A stretch of 64,000 nucleotides of DNA from an uncultured virus (IMG/VR IMGVR_UViG_3300004481_000138) (IMGVR_UViG_3300004481_000138); one strand, 5' to 3'; numbered from the stretch's first letter, positions 43,090 through 53,379 are shown. The notes: a model not told the origin generated them from the sequence alone. Numbers and translations are program-made.

Positions 43090-43317
43090 TTGAATCCAGT
43101 TAAAAAAATATTAGGTAAAACAAATAGGAATAAAATATTAGTGTATGATATTATAGGTAAGTCAAGGACTGCTCCTTCATATGAAAGTCCAGAAGAACAT
43201 CTTGAAGCAGTAGAAAGAGCATTTGGTACCAGCGGAAGGAGTACAATGGAAAAAAGTATTCAAGAAGGACGGCTTGTCTGGAGTTCACGTACAGGAAGAT
43301 ATGAAAAAAATTATTAA
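43090..43317 (+). CDS. Small basic protein with ILG tag
   Basis: TTG start, NPVKKILGK; GAGGT RBS. Confidence 0.5.
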   Translation: MNPVKKILGKTNRNKILVYDIIGKSRTAPSYESPEEHLEAVERAFGTSGRSTMEKSIQEGRLVWSSRTGRYEKNY

Positions 43318-43333
43318 ATTAGGGTGATGTAAA

Positions 43334-43525
43334 ATGGGTTGTAGGATTGTTAAAAAAATACTTGGTAAAGATAAAAGTAAAGATAGGACAGAATATGGAG
43401 AAGGATGGGACAAAATTGAATGGAAAGAAAGTCCATATGGTGGTAAGCCAATACTTACAAGGACTAGGCTTAAAAAAAAGACCCCTCAATCAGTTATTGA
43501 TGATATTAATAAAAGATTTAAATAA
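43334..43525 (+). CDS. Small basic protein with ILG-x-D tag
   Basis: MGCRIVKKILGKDKSKDR; GGTGA RBS. Confidence 0.55.
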   Translation: MGCRIVKKILGKDKSKDRTEYGEGWDKIEWKESPYGGKPILTRTRLKKKTPQSVIDDINKRFK

Positions 43526-44071
43526 ACAAAGGTGATGGAAAAATGGTAAAATTGTGGAAAGAACAGACAGATTTGAAGAAGGTTACAGATAGGGTTTATC
43601 CTACTACTGGTAAGGATGAAGTTAGGGAGCAGGTTGATAAAGCAAGAAAAAGTAAGGCTGCAAAAGACCCTAAAGATGTTGTAGAAAATTTGAAACCAAA
43701 AAAGTATCCTAATTATAAAAATTAAAGGCGGTTAGGATGAAGAAGTTGAAGGAATATAAGTTTCATTATAATAATAAAGAAGTTGGTGTTATACTAGCGT
43801 ATGACCGTAATGAAGCTTATGATAAAGCCGAGGCAATTGCTAGGAGGATGGGTGAGGGAAAAACATTTGGTGTAAAAGTAGTGGAGAGGCTGATGTAAAA
43901 TGGTGAAAAACGCAAGGAAAATAATAAAAAAGACATATAGTAGGAGCAGCCAAGGTACAAACAGTTTTGGGCAGGGTGTATCAAGATGAGTAAAGTAAAA
44001 AAGAATGCCTCTAAGAAGGTGTTTAATAATATTAAGAGTGGATGGGGAATGAAATAGGAAGGTGGATTAAA

Positions 44072-44224
44072 ATGGAATTTTATAGCGTAGTGTTGAAGAA
44101 GAAAATAGAGATTCCTGCAAATAAAATAAAGACTGTTGTGAGGAAGGGCAGAAAGTTTGCTGTTGGCAAGTATGAAGCTAAAGGCAAAACTTATGAGGCT
44201 TGGCGAGTGTTAGGGAAGGTGTAA
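44072..44224 (+). CDS. Small basic beta protein resembling archaeal chromatin protein CC1
   Basis: MEFYSVVLKKKIEI..RKGRKFAVG..WRVLGK resembles the recalled CC1 pattern (F..K..RG..FAV..YRLLGK). Confidence 0.45.
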   Translation: MEFYSVVLKKKIEIPANKIKTVVRKGRKFAVGKYEAKGKTYEAWRVLGKV

Positions 44225-44226
44225 AA

Positions 44227-44412
44227 ATGGTATATAAACCAAAAATTACTAGTTGGGGTATAAAGAAAGGAACATCTATTGAGATGGAACATACCAAAAG
44301 TAAAAAGTTTGCTAAAAAGATAGCAATGGACCATTTGCATGAATTTGGTGATGCTTATTATAAAGGGTTAGTAAAACTTGAAAGAAAATTAGCAAAACAA
44401 CAAAAGAAATGA
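44227..44412 (+). CDS. DUF5661-like viral protein
   Basis: G..IEMEHT....A.KIAMDHL.E...YY..L..LE motif. Confidence 0.6.
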   Translation: MVYKPKITSWGIKKGTSIEMEHTKSKKFAKKIAMDHLHEFGDAYYKGLVKLERKLAKQQKK

Positions 44413-44546
44413 TAAGAAAAGTCCGTAATAAACAATTATGGAAGGTAGTGAGTGAGAACACAGGCAGAAGTTTTGGCACTTATAGGAGTAAGAAGAAGGC
44501 GAAAAATCGTCTTCGCGAAATTGAATTTTTTAAACATAAAAGGTGA
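44409..44546 (+). CDS. Small basic viral protein (not in ORF track)
   Basis: MIRKVRNKQLWKVVSENTGRSFGTYRSKKKAKNRLREIEFFKHKR; ATGA overlap with the upstream stop. Confidence 0.5.
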   Translation: MIRKVRNKQLWKVVSENTGRSFGTYRSKKKAKNRLREIEFFKHKR

Positions 44547-44747
44547 TGTAAGATGACAGATGGTGTACCAAACATTGTAGGACCTATAGCAGGTTTAGTA
44601 GGCATTGGTGTTATGGCTGGTGTGGCAAATGAAGTAATTAAAACTGTTGGTGAACAAGGACAGTTTAAGGGAAAGAAGAAGAAGGCTAGATATGTAACTA
44701 AATCTTTCTCTGAAGGAATGGATGAAAGGATTAGAAGGATGATTTAA

Positions 44748-45008
44748 ATGAACCCAGTAAACAAGATATTAGGCGGTTATAAAGACCCAAGTAAAAATAA
44801 AAAAGCAGAATGGGTTACAATCAGTGGGCAAAAATATTTAGTTGAATATAGAAAATTTATATGTCCAAATTGTAATAAAAAAGTTGATGGTGAATTTACT
44901 TGGGAATATATGGGTGGCGGAAATGTAACGTGTCCATTATGTAATGAAAGTTTTGAATATCCAATTAGAGATAGTGATAAATTTGTTGGATTAAAAAAAA
45001 GAGGATGA
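44748..45008 (+). CDS. Small protein with ILG tag and Zn ribbon
   Basis: MNPVNKILGGYKDPSKNK; CPNC..CPLC. Confidence 0.6.
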   Translation: MNPVNKILGGYKDPSKNKKAEWVTISGQKYLVEYRKFICPNCNKKVDGEFTWEYMGGGNVTCPLCNESFEYPIRDSDKFVGLKKRG

Positions 45009-45014
45009 TATAAA

Positions 45015-45362
45015 GTGAATCCAGTTGAAAGGATATTAGGATATGATATAAGTAAAAATAGAGATATTATTGATAAGAAAGGATATTTGCAAGATAGTGA
45101 GAGAGGCACTAAAAAGTTAAGGAAAATATTTGTTAAACGGGCAAAATCCGTTGCTAATCCCTTACCTAACAACCCTTATAATGTTGAAAGACAGGATGAA
45201 TATGTGCCAATATGGGTTCCTTTTGAGGAGAAAGAAAAGATTGATGTTAATAATGAAATATTTAAAATTATTGATAACCCAAAATTAACACAAGTACAAA
45301 AAATAGAAAAACTTAAACCATATGAAACATGGATGAGAAATAAAGGTTGGAGGTATCCATAA
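45015..45362 (+). CDS. Small basic protein with ILG-x-D tag
   Basis: GTG start, NPVERILGYDISKNR. Confidence 0.55.
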   Translation: MNPVERILGYDISKNRDIIDKKGYLQDSERGTKKLRKIFVKRAKSVANPLPNNPYNVERQDEYVPIWVPFEEKEKIDVNNEIFKIIDNPKLTQVQKIEKLKPYETWMRNKGWRYP

Positions 45363-45579
45363 AATGGTTTCACCAATAAAATATTTTAGTAAAGACCCAA
45401 ACGGTTGGGGTCGGGGTCCTGGAGTTTACTATTTAAGAGGTCATGGCAAGTATAGTAAATACAGTAGAGAACGTGATGCTAGGAAGAAGAGTAAAGGCTG
45501 GCAAGTTGATAAGATTGGACTTCCTAAAAAAACTAGGATTCCTCATGTTAGTGATGGGCGCTTGTGGCGGTGAATAAGA

Positions 45580-48237
45580 ATGAAAAAGTTATTATTATTC
45601 ATGATAATATTATTATTGCCATTGTTTGTATCTGCAACACTTACTGATGGACTTGTATCCTATGTACCTTTCAATGATGGAACAATAGGCGCAGCTATAG
45701 ATGTATATGGTATATATGGCATGACAGGCACAGCAGAGCCAGCAAATATTGTTGGCTATGACTGGTTTAATATGGTCAGCAGCTCAGCTAATATGTCTAG
45801 TGCTGTGCCTCTTGATGAAGGCTATACTGTGAGCATGTGGCTTTATGGCTGCTTGGAAGATTATGCTTTTTCTAAAGGCGAAATGGACGGTAGCGGCAAC
45901 GCTATTGCATTCGGGCATCAAGCAGCTCCTGAAGGTTATGAAGAATATAACGGCAGGAATGTATTTTCTGTCTATCTCATCCAAGATACATGGGATGCTT
46001 ATCAAGGTTATTATTTCAAGAATTGGAGCGGAGTATCTAGTGTTGGATGTTCTTTCAATCTTACTGTGCCTACACATTTTATCGTGACGATAGAAAATTT
46101 TAATGCTTCACTATATGTCGATAGCATAAATATCGAACAGATAAACTTTACAGATGATGGCGGTGCAGTAGATAATGTTACTACAGATAATGTTTTCGAG
46201 TTTGCAGGCGTCTTATCCTCCTTTGGCGGAGATTATTATGTGAAAGATTTTGCTGTATGGGATAGGATATTATCAGGAGCAGAAATTTCTGAGCTATACG
46301 CAAATAATGGGAATCCGTTGTTTAATGGTTCTGGAACAGCAGAAGACCCTTACCAAGTGACTAGCTGTACAAACCTGCAAGAGGTGAATAATGATTTATC
46401 AGCATATTATCTTGTCATGAATGACATAAATTGTTCAGATACTGTAAACTGGAATAGCGGTTTAGGATTCATCCCAATAGGGAATGCAACACAAAGCACT
46501 ATGGAAGTTGGTAGGCTCTTTATGGGCGTATTTGATGGGCAAGGCTATACTATTTCAGGATTATTCATAAATCGCACAACGATGCATTCGGGATTGTTTG
46601 GTGCATCTGGTGGCGTGATAAAAAATGTTGTATTGACAGATGCCTATGTCTATGCAGCCAGTAATCAGGTAGGCATCCTTGCAGGTGGCATAAACACTAG
46701 CGGTATAGTATATAATTGTTCTTCGTCAGGATTTGTTTCTGGTGAAGAATATGTCGGTGGGCTAGTGGGTTTTGTGCTTGGCAGCGTATATACTTCTCGC
46801 AGTGATGCGCATGTCGAGTGCATAATTGCTGAATGCGGCGGATTAGTTGGTGGCACATACGATGTTGGAAGCATCTATGATTCATATAGCATGGGTATAT
46901 TGGATGATGAAAGCAAAGATGCTACTGGAGGATTTCTAGGTTATGCTGAAGGCTCAGGCATAATATATCATGTATATACTAATAATTCTATTGAATCATC
47001 TGCTGGTGGCGGGCTGATAGGGTCAAATGAAGGTCTTACTATCGATAATTCTTATTATGATGCAAATACTACTGGTGCTGGAAATGATAATGGCTTAGGG
47101 ACACCAAAATCTACTGCTGAGATGAAGACTCAAGGCACATTTATTGATTGGGATTTCGATAATATATGGCAGATATGTGCCGAAGTTAATGATGGCTATC
47201 CTTCATTGATAGGTGTTGATGATGAATGTGTTGCATGCACATCTAATTGGTCTTGTAGTGGTTATGGTGCCTGTAATATTTCTGATTTGCGTCCTTGTAA
47301 TGAAACTGTTGATTTGAATGTTTGTGGTGAGGAATATTCTGGGGATTATAGTGAGTTTACTCCACAAGCATGTGATTATTGTGCACCTGACTGGTCTCCT
47401 TTTTATCAACCCACTACTTGTCCTAGTAATAGTTTATGGACTAAATTATATACTGACCTAAATAGTTGTGGACAGCCAGCACCAGGAGATAATGGAACAC
47501 TAGTTGGCTGTATATATACACCACCAGTATATGAAAGTCAGACATTTGAAGGCAAGACAACAACAGATTTAAATACTGTAGAAAACATTAGTGCAGTAGA
47601 AAATTTTACAATAGCTTCATCCTCAGGGGTTGTTGAATTTACCAGTACTGTTGATTTATCAAATATTACTAATGTGGAACAGATTATATTAGTAACTTCA
47701 AATTTGATATCAGTTAATGTTACAGCAGTTCCATCACTTAATACATCAGCAGATGTAATATTAGATGTACCAGCACCAAACATATTTAGTTCACCGTGTG
47801 ATGATTTTAATTTATATTATAGTAGTGGTTATTATACCACAGTTGAAGATATAATTGCTAATGGTATTGTTGTTGCAACAAGTGCTAATATAGGAGGAGA
47901 TTGCACAGATAGTAATATATGTACCAATGTCCAATGTATTAATGGTCAATTATCATTTACAGCACAACACTTTGATGGATTTGGTGTGGGATTAGGTACT
48001 CCTGAGGCAGTTGAAAGTTGTAAAAGTACACAAGCAACTATATTTGCGGCATTTAGTATTATTGCATTATTTGTTATAGTAGGGGCGGCGTTTCTTATAA
48101 TAAATATGTTGAAAGGTGGTGATTTTGATAGTGGTTTAATAATTGCTGGTATTATAGGTTTTATTGCTGTTGCAATAGTAGTATTTATTGGATATTTGAT
48201 AATAAGTGAAGTAGCAGCCGGAATATGTCTTATATAA
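45580..48237 (+). CDS. Secreted adhesin (LamG + GLUG/beta-helix + Cys-rich) ending in a permuted capsid-like two-helix module
   Basis: Signal peptide; DFAVWDRILS (LamG); GSGTAEDPYQV, FDGQGYTISGL, VGGLVG (GLUG-type); C-terminal helices match the capsid helices in swapped order. Confidence 0.75.
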   Translation: MKKLLLFMIILLLPLFVSATLTDGLVSYVPFNDGTIGAAIDVYGIYGMTGTAEPANIVGYDWFNMVSSSANMSSAVPLDEGYTVSMWLYGCLEDYAFSKGEMDGSGNAIAFGHQAAPEGYEEYNGRNVFSVYLIQDTWDAYQGYYFKNWSGVSSVGCSFNLTVPTHFIVTIENFNASLYVDSINIEQINFTDDGGAVDNVTTDNVFEFAGVLSSFGGDYYVKDFAVWDRILSGAEISELYANNGNPLFNGSGTAEDPYQVTSCTNLQEVNNDLSAYYLVMNDINCSDTVNWNSGLGFIPIGNATQSTMEVGRLFMGVFDGQGYTISGLFINRTTMHSGLFGASGGVIKNVVLTDAYVYAASNQVGILAGGINTSGIVYNCSSSGFVSGEEYVGGLVGFVLGSVYTSRSDAHVECIIAECGGLVGGTYDVGSIYDSYSMGILDDESKDATGGFLGYAEGSGIIYHVYTNNSIESSAGGGLIGSNEGLTIDNSYYDANTTGAGNDNGLGTPKSTAEMKTQGTFIDWDFDNIWQICAEVNDGYPSLIGVDDECVACTSNWSCSGYGACNISDLRPCNETVDLNVCGEEYSGDYSEFTPQACDYCAPDWSPFYQPTTCPSNSLWTKLYTDLNSCGQPAPGDNGTLVGCIYTPPVYESQTFEGKTTTDLNTVENISAVENFTIASSSGVVEFTSTVDLSNITNVEQIILVTSNLISVNVTAVPSLNTSADVILDVPAPNIFSSPCDDFNLYYSSGYYTTVEDIIANGIVVATSANIGGDCTDSNICTNVQCINGQLSFTAQHFDGFGVGLGTPEAVESCKSTQATIFAAFSIIALFVIVGAAFLIINMLKGGDFDSGLIIAGIIGFIAVAIVVFIGYLIISEVAAGICLI

Positions 48238-48324
48238 TCATATTCTTTTAATGAATATAGAAAATTCATAAACTTTATATATTATATAGTGTTTATTCTA
48301 TTAATGGTAAGTTTAAATAAGTAG

Positions 48325-49047
48325 GTGATGTATATGAAGATTGTTGAAGAGTTTAATTCTTTGCAGGGTGAAGGAAAATATTTAGGTGTACCAAGTTTCT
48401 TCGTTCGTACAACTGTGTGCAATCTTAGATGTGCATGGAAAAATAATGATTATACAATAACCATATGTGATAGTGCATATACTAGTTGGAATCCTGAGAA
48501 AGGTAAGGATGTTGATGGCAAACATATTTATGATAAAGTGAAAGGTACACAAACTAAGCATGTTGTAATCACGGGGGGTGAGCCAACCTTACAGCCTGAC
48601 CTGGCTGATGTGGTAACTTACCTAGTTGAGAATGGGTTGAGTGTAACAATTGAGACTAATGGTACAAAGTATGTTAAACTGCCAAAAAATACTTTTATTA
48701 GTATTTCACCAAAAACCAGTAATAGTTATGCTCAAGAAAAAGGTAGTATTGAGGAAAAAATGCATAAGAAGAATAATGTTTTTATTGATGCTATTAGGCA
48801 ATGGATTGAGAACAATGATTATCAATTAAAGTTTGTTTATAATAGTTTGAGTGATATTAAAGAAATTGAGTATATACAAACAGAATTAAATGTTCCAAAT
48901 AATAAGATATATCTTATGCCTCAAGGTATTAATGTGTTGCAGTTTAAGGATAAACAGAAAGAGTTGTTTGATTTATGTATTAATAAAGGTTGGACTTATA
49001 CTCCTCGTTTACATATTGAGATTTTTGGGAATATTCGTGGCATATGA
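48325..49047 (+). CDS. queE: QueE-like radical SAM (7-carboxy-7-deazaguanine synthase family)
   Basis: SLQGEG, CNLRC..(insert)..CDS, VITGGEPTLQ, IETNGT, SISPK, LMPQG, PRLH. Confidence 0.85.
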   Translation: MMYMKIVEEFNSLQGEGKYLGVPSFFVRTTVCNLRCAWKNNDYTITICDSAYTSWNPEKGKDVDGKHIYDKVKGTQTKHVVITGGEPTLQPDLADVVTYLVENGLSVTIETNGTKYVKLPKNTFISISPKTSNSYAQEKGSIEEKMHKKNNVFIDAIRQWIENNDYQLKFVYNSLSDIKEIEYIQTELNVPNNKIYLMPQGINVLQFKDKQKELFDLCINKGWTYTPRLHIEIFGNIRGI

Positions 49048-49060
49048 TTTATTATAGAGG

Positions 49061-49190
49061 GGGTTGATAGTTTAACATATTTTTCCATCATTTTTCACCA
49101 CCCGTGATTTTTTTTGGAAAACTAAAACATTCCTGGTTTCGACTCACCTCTTTTCCAGGAAAGATGAGAGTTTAAATCTCTCTCAACCTA
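49061..49190 (+). ncRNA. tRNA-shaped RNA with expanded D and anticodon loops
   Basis: Acceptor GGGTTGA/TCAACCT, T8A9, D stem GTTT/AAAC, stem TTCCTGG/CCAGGAA, variable AGAT, T arm GAGAG-TTTAAAT-CTCTC. Confidence 0.65.
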
Positions 49191-49888
49191 TAACAATAAT
49201 AAAATGAAAAAAGATAAATGTGTTAAATGTGGTAAATTTTTTATACATTTGAATAGGATGTTTAAGAGTAAGAAAGGTAGGTTTGTTTGTATGGATTGTG
49301 ATGAGGGAGAAGTATAAAATGATTAGTGTGGTAATATTAATTAATGGTTATCCTGTTATGGCTCGGTCTGCTTTTAGAACTACTGATAATAAAGAGGATG
49401 AAGAAAATGATTATCAAGTAGATACGGGAGAAGTTTTGGTACATATACCGGATAAAGGAGCTATTCCATTATGTAAGGCGTTACTTGATACAATTAAAGA
49501 GAATGAATTAAGTGATTAAAATGGATGTTAATAATTATAATCCCTTCCTTCCATTTAAATGGCTTTTTGATTATTCACATTTTTTATTTTGGCTATGTTT
49601 AGCTATTATATTTTGTGTTATATTTTATATCATATTATTTAAGAGAAGGAGGCAGAATGGTTGATGTTAATATTTGGACTATTATTATGATAGCATTTTT
49701 TACTGGATTAGGCAGTGGTATGGGCGCGCCTATAGGCGCACACATTTATGAAAAATATGTTAAAGATAAATTGATGAAGACTACTTCATCTGCTGATATT
49801 TTAAAAGAAAAATTAAAGAATGAAGTAACTAAAAGCTTAGATGTTGGTAAGAATGTTGAGGAGAAGATATTAGGTAAACAATTATAAA

Positions 49889-50062
49889 ATGTTAGAAAAA
49901 CAGCTTTGTTGGAAGTGTGGCCAATTTACTAATATAACATGGCATCATGCTCTTCCTATGAGGATGCATCCAATGACTAATGTTTTAATTCCTTTATGCC
50001 ATAAATGTCATAATTATATTAATAAAATACCAAATAAAGATTTGATAGAGGAAGTGGAATGA
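49889..50062 (+). CDS. Small HNH-like protein (not in ORF track)
   Basis: CWKC..WHHALP..NVLIPLCHKCH; related to 52015..52317. Confidence 0.5.
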   Translation: MLEKQLCWKCGQFTNITWHHALPMRMHPMTNVLIPLCHKCHNYINKIPNKDLIEEVE

Positions 50063-51290
50063 AATATGTAAAATATTGTAATAATATTGATTGCAAGAAT
50101 AGAATGGAAATTACTTTTAATGGAATAGATAATATTAAAAAAATAGATGTAACTATTATTTGTAAGAATTGTAAAAAAGAAAATATATGGGGGATAAATA
50201 ACTAAAATGATATGTAGTGTTTGTAAAAAGAACTTTAATGCATCGCACGAAGTAAGAGACTTGAATAATAATACATATTGTAGTATTGAATGTCTTGTAA
50301 AAAAAGTGACTAGAAATGAGCAATGAAACCGCCATAGCCTTACAGGTATTGGATTTGTTGAAAGGAACCAATATTGGTGATTTAACTAATCAAATATTGT
50401 TGGCATTTGGTGGTATTGCAAGTGTAACCATAATATATTTTTTGTTGATGATATATTATCAAGTACAAGTTAATAAAAAATTGAAAGAACAAAGGGCAGA
50501 TATAGACTTATTAATTTTATTGGTGCATAGTCAGAAAAAGAAATTGGACGACCTTCACAAAGTATTAATATTAGAAGAGATAAAGGATAGTGGTGGTAAA
50601 CAAAAAGTTAAGAGAGATAATAGTTTGGATAGTGCTAACATTAATTATAATTTTGACAATGATGGGTTTTTTCCTGTAAGAGGTAAAGATGGTCATTGAT
50701 ATGGATTGGGTGTGGATTATTGGGGGTATAGGTTTAGGTGCGTTTGCTACCTATTGGTTATTTAATTGGTTTAGTGGGTAAAAAATGGTAACATATAATC
50801 AGTTAAAGAAAGAGTTTAATAAAAAAGTTGAAAGTTTACAAAGTAGTTGTAAACACAAAAATCTAACCCCTTGGTTAGAAGAATGGTGGGCTCCTGGTCA
50901 TTCCACTGGTAATGTAGTTAAGATATGTAGGAAATGTAATAAGGTTATAAAGAAAACTAATTCTTCTGTTAATCATTAATTTTTTAGTTGTGTTGGGTAC
51001 TTTATATTATAGAGATATTAGTGATATTTGTACATAAAGTATTATTCTGCCAACGGTCACTAGAATTACAAATTGTTGGGGGTTTGTAATTGCCGTTGGC
51101 AGAAGATGTATTAGTGCTATTATATTCTTTGTTAGGTATTATAACTTTATGTTGGTTGGTTTGATTATAAATTATAATTCCAACAGTTGCAGCCATTATA
51201 AATATGAATATTAGTATTAAAATCCATCCAGGGCTTGTTTGTGATTTTTTGTTACCCATTTTAATTAGAATATATTATATAATATAAATG

Positions 51291-51677
51291 TTATGATGTT
51301 TTTTTAGTATATATGATTAGCATGGTCAGTAATGCTATGATTATACCCATTGGATATTGTATTACTTCTGTCAATGTTTGTATTTTTTTTAAATCATATA
51401 TTTCTTGTGTTGATAAATTGTTACAAGTTGCATCAGTATAAAATCCTTCAAAGTCAAATCCGTATGTTATATCTGTACAACCATATTCTTTAAATACCTG
51501 TCCATGTGTCTCTTCATGTACAACAACAAATAATAGTAGGCAGAATGCTACAAGACATAAGCCTATATAATCAAAATTTAGAATTGTATTTTTAATCCAG
51601 TTAAATACTCTTTTAAAGATGTTACCCTTACTTTGATGTTTTCGTCTTTCTTCCAATTCTAATAGTTCGGGTAACAT
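51291..51677 (-). CDS. Membrane HExxH metalloprotease-like protein
   Basis: TM helix ending in VHEETHG; second TM. Confidence 0.5.
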   Translation of the reverse strand: MLPELLELEERRKHQSKGNIFKRVFNWIKNTILNFDYIGLCLVAFCLLLFVVVHEETHGQVFKEYGCTDITYGFDFEGFYTDATCNNLSTQEIYDLKKIQTLTEVIQYPMGIIIALLTMLIIYTKKTS

Positions 51678-52014
51678 TTTTTTATGATGTTAAATTCATA
51701 TCAAGAAATTTGTCATATACATATATGGTTGAGTTGTTGCTAAATTGTATTGTTTCATTTGTTTGATTATAATATATGTATGTTATATTCTTATTTATTG
51801 GAATTTCTTTATATGTTATTATTCCAACAATTATTATACCTACTATCATTAATATTAATATTGTCAATACTCTTAAATTTATTGGTATTATTATTTCATT
51901 ATTTTTCGCCATTTTGATTTACATTCATTACTACAGAAAGTTTTATGTTTATAAATATGTTCAGTCACTGATTTTAATCCTTTACCACAATATCTACAAT
52001 ATGAATAAAATAGT

Positions 52015-52317
52015 TTACTTGTCATTTTTTATTTTTATTATTGTCATCTTACCAAGCATATTATTCAATCCTTCAACAGACCTTGTAAGTGTGTCAACTT
52101 GTTTCTGTAGTTTATATGCATGTGCTGTCAAACTACTAACATCTTGACTGGTAATCTCTTTATGGCATTTTTCATGTATTGGCACAGTGATATTATTAAC
52201 TGGTGAAAGTTGTTGTGGTAGTGTGTGATGTATTGTTCTTGATAGTTCTATATCATCTTGTTTAAATGGCTGGCCACATTTCCAGCATTTATCATCTTGT
52301 ATATTTAGTATGGTCAT
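52015..52317 (-). CDS. Small HNH-like protein with coiled-coil tail
   Basis: CWKC..HHTLP..NNITVPIHEKCH. Confidence 0.5.
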   Translation of the reverse strand: MTILNIQDDKCWKCGQPFKQDDIELSRTIHHTLPQQLSPVNNITVPIHEKCHKEITSQDVSSLTAHAYKLQKQVDTLTRSVEGLNNMLGKMTIIKIKNDK

Positions 52318-53379
52318 GGTTTTGTTTCCTCATGTGTTGGCGGTATTTCTGTTTCTTCTTTTGGTATGGCTGGTGTCTCAGGCTCTTCAGGCATTTCAAC
52401 AATTACCTCAATACGATTAATTGGTATAAATACCTCTTTAGGAAGATTATCAAGTTCCATATATCCGTTTGCCTCTTTACTATATACTAAAGCACGATTT
52501 GGTATCATTCGTATAAATTCTGTTCCAAAAAATACTTCACCAAAATATAGCATACCACTAACTGTTTCAACTCTCATCATTTTGTATCACCTTTAGCTTT
52601 TTTAATGTATTTTATTATGCCCAATTCTTTCTTGAAATGACATTTACCACATTCGTACCTGTAATGTATGTTTTCACTTGCTGATAAAGACTTAACTCTT
52701 ATAGTTTTTGTCATACAATTACAATATTTACATAGGCTTATTTCATCATTCATTTTGTATCTTTCCTTTTTTAGTAATATTTTTCTCCATCTTCCATTCC
52801 CATTCACAATCACAATCATTACAATTATAGGTTTCTAATTCATAATACCCTTGACCATCAGTTTGATGGTTTGTTATTTCAATATTTAGACTTCCACAAT
52901 TTGGGCATACCATTTTTATTATAACCATTTATTTTTATAGTATATCTAGCTTTTGATATACAAAATCACCTGTTATTTAAGGTCTAGTGTATGATTATTG
53001 TTGTTTTGTATGTTTGTATGTTTAAAAATTTGTGGTGATTTCCACTGTTTATGTATGAATATCTCTTTATGGCATAAACAGCAGGTATATATACCGTTAA
53101 TAGATAGTTCAATATTACGGCCTTCCTGTTTACAAGAACAGTAATTTTTCTCTAAATCGTCCAATATAACTCACCGCCTATATGATTATAATTAAAATAA
53201 AAAAAAAGAGAAAGCAGTTTATTCCTCTACTTTCTTTCCTAACATTTTGTTGATTTTTTCATCAACGTTCTCTGTCATTCCAAACTGTTCTCTAATCTTC
53301 TTCATATATTCATTATCTTCGAACATATTATACCACCTCACTTATTATATATAGAATAAAAGTAAACAAATATATAAAC

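Noticed and set aside
13333..48269. Numerous short antisense or alternate-frame ORFs inside large plus-strand genes
   Set aside because: Shadow ORFs with no recognisable motifs, nested within long coherent CDSs
49130..49161. Calling the 49061 RNA a normal tRNA-Arg(TCG)
   Set aside because: TT-TCG-A is present, but the stem register is off by two, the loop is 18 nt without a BHB, and the D-loop GG and T-loop C56 are missing
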